The position numbers were made by a program, and so were the translations under genes. From Verrucomicrobiota bacterium (GTDB taxonomy: Bacteria > Verrucomicrobiota > Verrucomicrobiia > Opitutales > Seribacteraceae): DNA of 64,000 nt. The stretch covers positions 1 to 64,000 of the forward strand of contig JAQBYT010000013.1 in the NCBI GenBank assembly GCA_027622665.1, read 5' to 3'. A model generated the notes under the pieces. That model ran no database searches, was not told where the DNA came from, and saw nothing but the letters and a program-made list of their open reading frames with translations. Positions 59,267 to 64,000 of the stretch are shown one piece after another. How positions within the stretch are numbered: position 1 is the first letter of the stretch; each line of letters opens with the position of its first letter.

Positions 59267-60403
59267 ATGAAACTTTTCCATCTTTCCGTCGCATTGCTTT
59301 CATTCTTTCATTTTGGATGGGCTGAGCAAAACTGGAATAAACACGTTGTTCATCGAGGTGAGCGTTGCAACGTCGCGGTAGCCGCCGACTTTACCGGGGA
59401 CGGCAAGGTGGATGTGATTTCGAACAGCGGAGGCAAGACGCGTTTGTTTGTTGCGCCCGATTGGAAGGCTGTGGTGATTGGAGAGAACGAGAGTCTGAAC
59501 TTCATCCATGGCGAAACCTTCGATGTGGACGGCGACGGTGATCCCGACTTTATCGGTGCTCGCTACAAGCCCGGTTTGGTCGCTTGGTTTGAGTGTCCCG
59601 CAAACCCGTTGAAGGATGAATGGAAAATGCGGATTGCGGACGACGAACTGATCGGCATCCACGGTGTCCTAAAGGCGGACGTTGACGGCGACGGAAAGCT
59701 CGACTTGCTTGCCAACAGTGGACAACCCACCGGCAAATTCCCCAATTCCGCCGCTTGGTTGAAGGTCCCCGAGGATCCTCGCAAGGCAAAGCGCTGGAAA
59801 CGATTTATCTTTGCCGACAAGGACGCCCCAGGCCTCAGCCATTACCTAGGCTATGGTGATCTGAACGGCGATGGGCGAGTTGACATCACCCTTGCCGCCA
59901 AAGGTTTTCCCGACCCGAAGTTCGGCAAGGGAGAGTGGTTCGCTTGGTGGGAAGCGGGCAAGGACCCGACCAAGCCTTTCAAGAAGCACCTTTTGCCCGG
60001 TACGCATCCTGGCGCGACCAACATACAACCTGCCGACTTGAACGGTGACGGTAAGCTCGATATTTTAGCTTCTCGAGGGCATGGGAAAGGCCTTCTTTGG
60101 TTCGAGAATCCCACATGGGAAATACACGAGGTGAATAATGAACTACTTTCTCCGCATTGCCTGCAGGTAGTCGATATGGATGGGGATGGCGACGTGGATG
60201 CCGCAACCTGCGCCTACGTCAGCAAGGTGGTCGCTTGGTTTGAGAACGACGGCAAGGGCAACTTTACCACCCACGTCGTCTCTGACGACCAAGCAGCCTA
60301 CGATATTCGCGCCGTGGATATGGATGGTGATACCGATCTCGATCTGCTAATTGCCGGGCAACTTAGCCACAACGTAGTCTGGTACGAGAACCCGCTCAAG
60401 TAA
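59267..60403 (+). CDS. Secreted FG-GAP/VCBS repeat beta-propeller protein
   Basis: Seven DxxGDGxxD loops (DFTGDGKVD, DVDGDGDPD, DVDGDGKLD, DLNGDGRVD, DLNGDGKLD, DMDGDGDVD, DMDGDTDLD); ATG at 59267. Confidence 0.92.
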   Translation: MKLFHLSVALLSFFHFGWAEQNWNKHVVHRGERCNVAVAADFTGDGKVDVISNSGGKTRLFVAPDWKAVVIGENESLNFIHGETFDVDGDGDPDFIGARYKPGLVAWFECPANPLKDEWKMRIADDELIGIHGVLKADVDGDGKLDLLANSGQPTGKFPNSAAWLKVPEDPRKAKRWKRFIFADKDAPGLSHYLGYGDLNGDGRVDITLAAKGFPDPKFGKGEWFAWWEAGKDPTKPFKKHLLPGTHPGATNIQPADLNGDGKLDILASRGHGKGLLWFENPTWEIHEVNNELLSPHCLQVVDMDGDGDVDAATCAYVSKVVAWFENDGKGNFTTHVVSDDQAAYDIRAVDMDGDTDLDLLIAGQLSHNVVWYENPLK

Positions 60404-60464
60404 ATCGACTGGTCCTTGTTTTGCTTGGCGGTAGGGGATCTCCAGTTTGCTGGTTGCCGGGCAA

Positions 60465-61925
60465 CTACTTGTTTGGCCCTTTTTGCTTTGGTCTCTTTTT
60501 ATTGGGCTTCTTCACCTTGTTCTTGGTAATGGCCCGTTCAGTGGCTATGGGGTCGGCATCGTCGCGTTGCTCTAGCCAACTGAAAAGCTGGTTGCGGAGA
60601 CGATTGATGGTTTTCTTGTGCTTGGGGTCTGCGGCTAAATCGTTCAACTCGTGGGGATCCTTCTGTAAATCGTACAAGGCGAACTCAGGTCGCCGATTTA
60701 GTTTCCTGATGAGCGGATCGTCGAGTGGTGGTCCTTTGGCGGCCTCCACCCAAGAGGCGGCGGGGAATTCCTTGCCCGGCTTGTTCGCCCTCGGTGTTTC
60801 ACCATTGATCAAGGCGAGGGCCTTGCTGAGCGACACGTTTGAGGTGATTTGCTCGTGGTTGGGAGACCAAATGAAGGAATAGCGGTCGTCCCGGATACAA
60901 CGGATCGGATAGATGCGGTCGTTGTTGTCGATGATTCCCTTGTTGCTGAACTGGCCTATCACGAAGTCGTGCACCTGAGTCGGTGTTCCGGTCAAGTTGG
61001 CATACTGGCTACGGCCGTCGAAGAGGCCTTTCTTTATCTTTCCGTCTGCAGCCTCGATCATGGTGGGGGCGACGTCGCAGAGCCAGAAGAGTTCTTCGGA
61101 GACATGACCCTTCGGCACGATGCCGGGTCCATAAGCCACCAATCCCGTGTGGAGACCGTTGTCGAAACAGGTCCACTTCGCAAAGGGAAAGGCCGAGCCT
61201 TGCTCCGTGCAGACGAAGAATATGGTGTCGTTGGCCAAGTCGGATTCGTCCAAATACGATCTCAGGGCTCCGGCCAGAGCATCGAAGTTGGCAACCTCGG
61301 CATAGTAGGGAACCAAGGCTTTGCGTAGTTCGGGCGTATCGATCCAGTAGGAGGGGATGGTTAACTTTGCGGGATCAAATATCGACCTGTCGCCATTTGT
61401 GTAAGGGGAATGGGCATCGTGGGAAGCGATGACGAGGCAGAAAGGTTTTTCCTCTTTGCGGCAGGAACCGATAAATTCTTTCGCCTTGCCGAGAAGGAAG
61501 CTATTGGAATCAGGTTTGCTGCCGTCGCCCAAGTATTCGAAAGGATACGATGACCTAGGGCCGATGTGAGTCTTCCCTGTTAGACCTATGCGATAGCCGA
61601 GGGGTTCGAGGTAATGCGGCAGACTCTTCGTCTCGGGGACGGAGTTCGAGTGGTTTAGAAAAGCTTTGGTTCGCCAAGCGGTGCGTCCACTGTAGAGTTC
61701 CTGCCTAAATGGGGCGCACATGGCCACGGAAGTGTAGGCTTTGTTAAACTTGACCCCGTCTCTCGCCAGCTTGTCTATGTGCGGCGTGGGGCAATCGACG
61801 TTCCCGTAGCACCCGAAACTGTCGCGATTGATGTCGTCGCCCAAAAGGAAGACGAAGTTGGGTTTGCCGGCATGAAGGGCATGCTGTACAAATACAAGGA
61901 TAACGAGAGTCAGTAGATGCTTCAT
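60465..61925 (-). CDS. Sulfatase (S1 family, N-sulfoglucosamine sulfohydrolase-like), exported
   Basis: PNFVFLLGDD, CAPFRQELYSG, GKTHIGP, FPFAKWTC, LYDLQKDPHE; ATG at 61925. Confidence 0.88.
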   Translation of the reverse strand: MKHLLTLVILVFVQHALHAGKPNFVFLLGDDINRDSFGCYGNVDCPTPHIDKLARDGVKFNKAYTSVAMCAPFRQELYSGRTAWRTKAFLNHSNSVPETKSLPHYLEPLGYRIGLTGKTHIGPRSSYPFEYLGDGSKPDSNSFLLGKAKEFIGSCRKEEKPFCLVIASHDAHSPYTNGDRSIFDPAKLTIPSYWIDTPELRKALVPYYAEVANFDALAGALRSYLDESDLANDTIFFVCTEQGSAFPFAKWTCFDNGLHTGLVAYGPGIVPKGHVSEELFWLCDVAPTMIEAADGKIKKGLFDGRSQYANLTGTPTQVHDFVIGQFSNKGIIDNNDRIYPIRCIRDDRYSFIWSPNHEQITSNVSLSKALALINGETPRANKPGKEFPAASWVEAAKGPPLDDPLIRKLNRRPEFALYDLQKDPHELNDLAADPKHKKTINRLRNQLFSWLEQRDDADPIATERAITKNKVKKPNKKRPKQKGPNK

Positions 61926-62162
61926 CGATTGAACCATTCTTCTTTTACTATTTTAAGCCAATCTCAAAAACGGCTAATCTCTCTTATGACTCCAGAGATT
62001 GCCGGAGATTTGAATAAACTCCTTATTTTGGATTTTCTCTTTGAAATTGAGAAAAGAACTAGCCAACGACTCCTTTTGTACATAATCAACAATTGTTAAA
62101 ATCTAGGCTTCGCTAATTCTTCTGTTTGAGTAATCCTGCCAAAACCCAACGTGTTTAACATT

Positions 62163-64000
62163 ATGTCAGCAATTACCACGAAAATGAAAAAACTCTTCTC
62201 CTCAACTCTTCTCCTTGCCTTTGCTTTAGAAAGCCTTGCTGCACCGGGAGACGATGTTTATCAAAAAGGTTTCCTTTCCATTGAGGAGTCTCACAAATCG
62301 ATTGAGTTGCCGGAAGGCTATTCGCTTGAACTCGTGCTGAGCGAGCCTCAGATCGAGGAACCCGTGGCCATGGCTTGGGACGGAAACGGCGTTCTGTACG
62401 TGGTCGAGATGCGTACCTACATGCAAACCGCTGATGCCGCTGGCGAACAGGAACCGCGCAGTCGCATCTCTCGTCACGAGGATACTAACGGTGACGGAGT
62501 CTACGACAAGAGCACCGTTTTCATCGACAAGCTGTTATTGCCTCGCATGGTTCTACCTTTGGACGATCGCGTCATGGTCGGCATTACCAATACCCTCGAC
62601 CTTTGGAACTATAGGGATACCGACGGCGACGGTGTGGCCGACGAGAAAGTGAAGGTCTTTGAAGGCGGTAACCGTGGTGGCAACATGGAGCACCAGCCCA
62701 GCGGACTCGTCTGGAATCTGGACAACTGGATTTACATCACCTACCAAAATGTCCGTTACCGCTACACCAATGGTGAGTTTAAGACTGAGCGCCTCCCGCG
62801 TGGCGGTGGTCAATGGGGGCTGACTCAGGATGATGACGGGCGCCTTTACTATTCCACGGGCGGAGGAGAAAATCCTGCCTTCTTTTTTCAGCAACCTCCA
62901 ATCTACGGAATGTTTGATGCGCCAGGCCAGACCGAGGCGAATTTTCGCACCGTTTATCCCATTGCAGCCGTACCGGACGTGCAGGGTGGTCGCCGTCGAG
63001 TTGCCGCCAACGGTGGCCTGAACGTTTTCACCGGTTGCGCAGGCCAAGGCATTTATCGGGGGGATCGTCTGCCGAAGGAACTGTACGGCAACCTGTTCAT
63101 TCCGGAGCCCGTGGGCCGTTTGATTCGCCGTGCCAAGGTCGAGCGTAAGGATGGGTTGACCGTGCTCAGCAACGCCGATCCCGGCATGGAGTTCATTCGT
63201 TCGAAGGACATAAACTTTCGGCCACTGGGAGCTGAGACTGCTCCTGACGGCACCATGTTCTTCATTGATATGCATCGGGGCATTATTCAGCAAGGAAACT
63301 GGACTCGCAAGGGAAGCTATCTTCGAGGTGTGATTGATAAATGGGGCATCGACAAAAACGTCGGCAAGGGGCGCATCTACCGTCTTGTACACAAGGATCA
63401 CCAGCCGGGGCCTAAGCCGAATATGCTGGAGGATTCCACCGCCGAGCTCGTTGCTCACCTTTCCCATCCGAATGGCTGGTGGCGCGACTCCGCTCAGAAG
63501 CTCATTATCCTTCGCAAGGATGGAAAGTCAGTGATATCCGATCTCGAAAAGTTGGTCCGTGAAGGCAAGGCCGCTCTTGGTCGCGTCCATGCACTATGGA
63601 CACTGGAAGGACTGGAAGCAGTCAAACCCGGATTGCTCATGGAAAAGCTTAGGGATACTGATCATCGCGTTCGCATGGCCGCAGTACGCATTAGTGAGCC
63701 CTTTCTCGCCGATGGAGACAAGACTGTCATTTCCGGATTCAAGGGACTCGAAAAAGAAGCTCATGCCGATGTCTCCCTCCAGACAATCAATTCGATTGCC
63801 TACAGCGGTTCAACGGATTCCGAGGTGCTCGCGGGCATTCAAGACAACCTTATCGAGAAACACAGTGACAAGCCGATCCTCAACAGCATTGCTGGAAATC
63901 GTGTGAAGCTCGCTCAGGAACGGGCCCTTTTAGCCGAGCAACGCAAGCTGAACGCACATTTCGGCAAGCAAATGGAACAAGGCGGCGTCATCTACAAGCA
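62163..64000 (+). CDS. PVC-type DUF7133 propeller / HEAT protein, truncated by the window end (cytochrome c domain likely follows)
   Basis: Absent from the ORF track, consistent with having no stop in the window; translated by hand: MSAITTKMKKLFSSTLLLAFAL...LPEGYSLELVLSEPQIEEPVAMAWDGNGVLYVVEMRTYM...EDTNGDGVYD...HPNGWWRDSAQ...HALWTLEGL...EQGGVIYK. Confidence 0.9.
   Translation, partial: MSAITTKMKKLFSSTLLLAFALESLAAPGDDVYQKGFLSIEESHKSIELPEGYSLELVLSEPQIEEPVAMAWDGNGVLYVVEMRTYMQTADAAGEQEPRSRISRHEDTNGDGVYDKSTVFIDKLLLPRMVLPLDDRVMVGITNTLDLWNYRDTDGDGVADEKVKVFEGGNRGGNMEHQPSGLVWNLDNWIYITYQNVRYRYTNGEFKTERLPRGGGQWGLTQDDDGRLYYSTGGGENPAFFFQQPPIYGMFDAPGQTEANFRTVYPIAAVPDVQGGRRRVAANGGLNVFTGCAGQGIYRGDRLPKELYGNLFIPEPVGRLIRRAKVERKDGLTVLSNADPGMEFIRSKDINFRPLGAETAPDGTMFFIDMHRGIIQQGNWTRKGSYLRGVIDKWGIDKNVGKGRIYRLVHKDHQPGPKPNMLEDSTAELVAHLSHPNGWWRDSAQKLIILRKDGKSVISDLEKLVREGKAALGRVHALWTLEGLEAVKPGLLMEKLRDTDHRVRMAAVRISEPFLADGDKTVISGFKGLEKEAHADVSLQTINSIAYSGSTDSEVLAGIQDNLIEKHSDKPILNSIAGNRVKLAQERALLAEQRKLNAHFGKQMEQGGVIYK

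Overview
64 kb of gene-dense bacterial DNA, mostly about 50-60% GC by spot-checking lines. Gene content (DUF1501 next to a DUF1549/DUF1553 cytochrome, three PVC-type beta-propeller/HEAT proteins, three DUF1080 proteins, four sulfatases, several Tat-exported Gfo/Idh/MocA and TIM-barrel proteins) points to a PVC-superphylum genome, probably Verrucomicrobiota (inference). Most of the window is exported carbohydrate and sulfate-ester catabolism, plus feoAB with a Fur-like box, uup and an aminotransferase/omega-amidase pair. The most notable observations: (1) an intact Wadjet-type jetABC operon with no adjacent jetD; (2) a Tat-exported oxidoreductase/TIM-barrel/DUF1080 set resembling oxidation-elimination glycoside cleavage, in an operon with a ~1,720 aa deacetylase-propeller-cytochrome c fusion; (3) a recurring TTGnnn/TTCnnn hexamer 29-32 nt (often exactly 30) before start codons, suggesting leaderless mRNAs from -35-dominated promoters; (4) a sirtuin plus 2H-phosphodiesterase pair; (5) a frameshifted TauD-family gene; (6) a REP/BIME-like palindromic repeat at the left edge. 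I saw no tRNA, rRNA, CRISPR array or transposase. All family calls come from reading motifs by eye; no database search was run.
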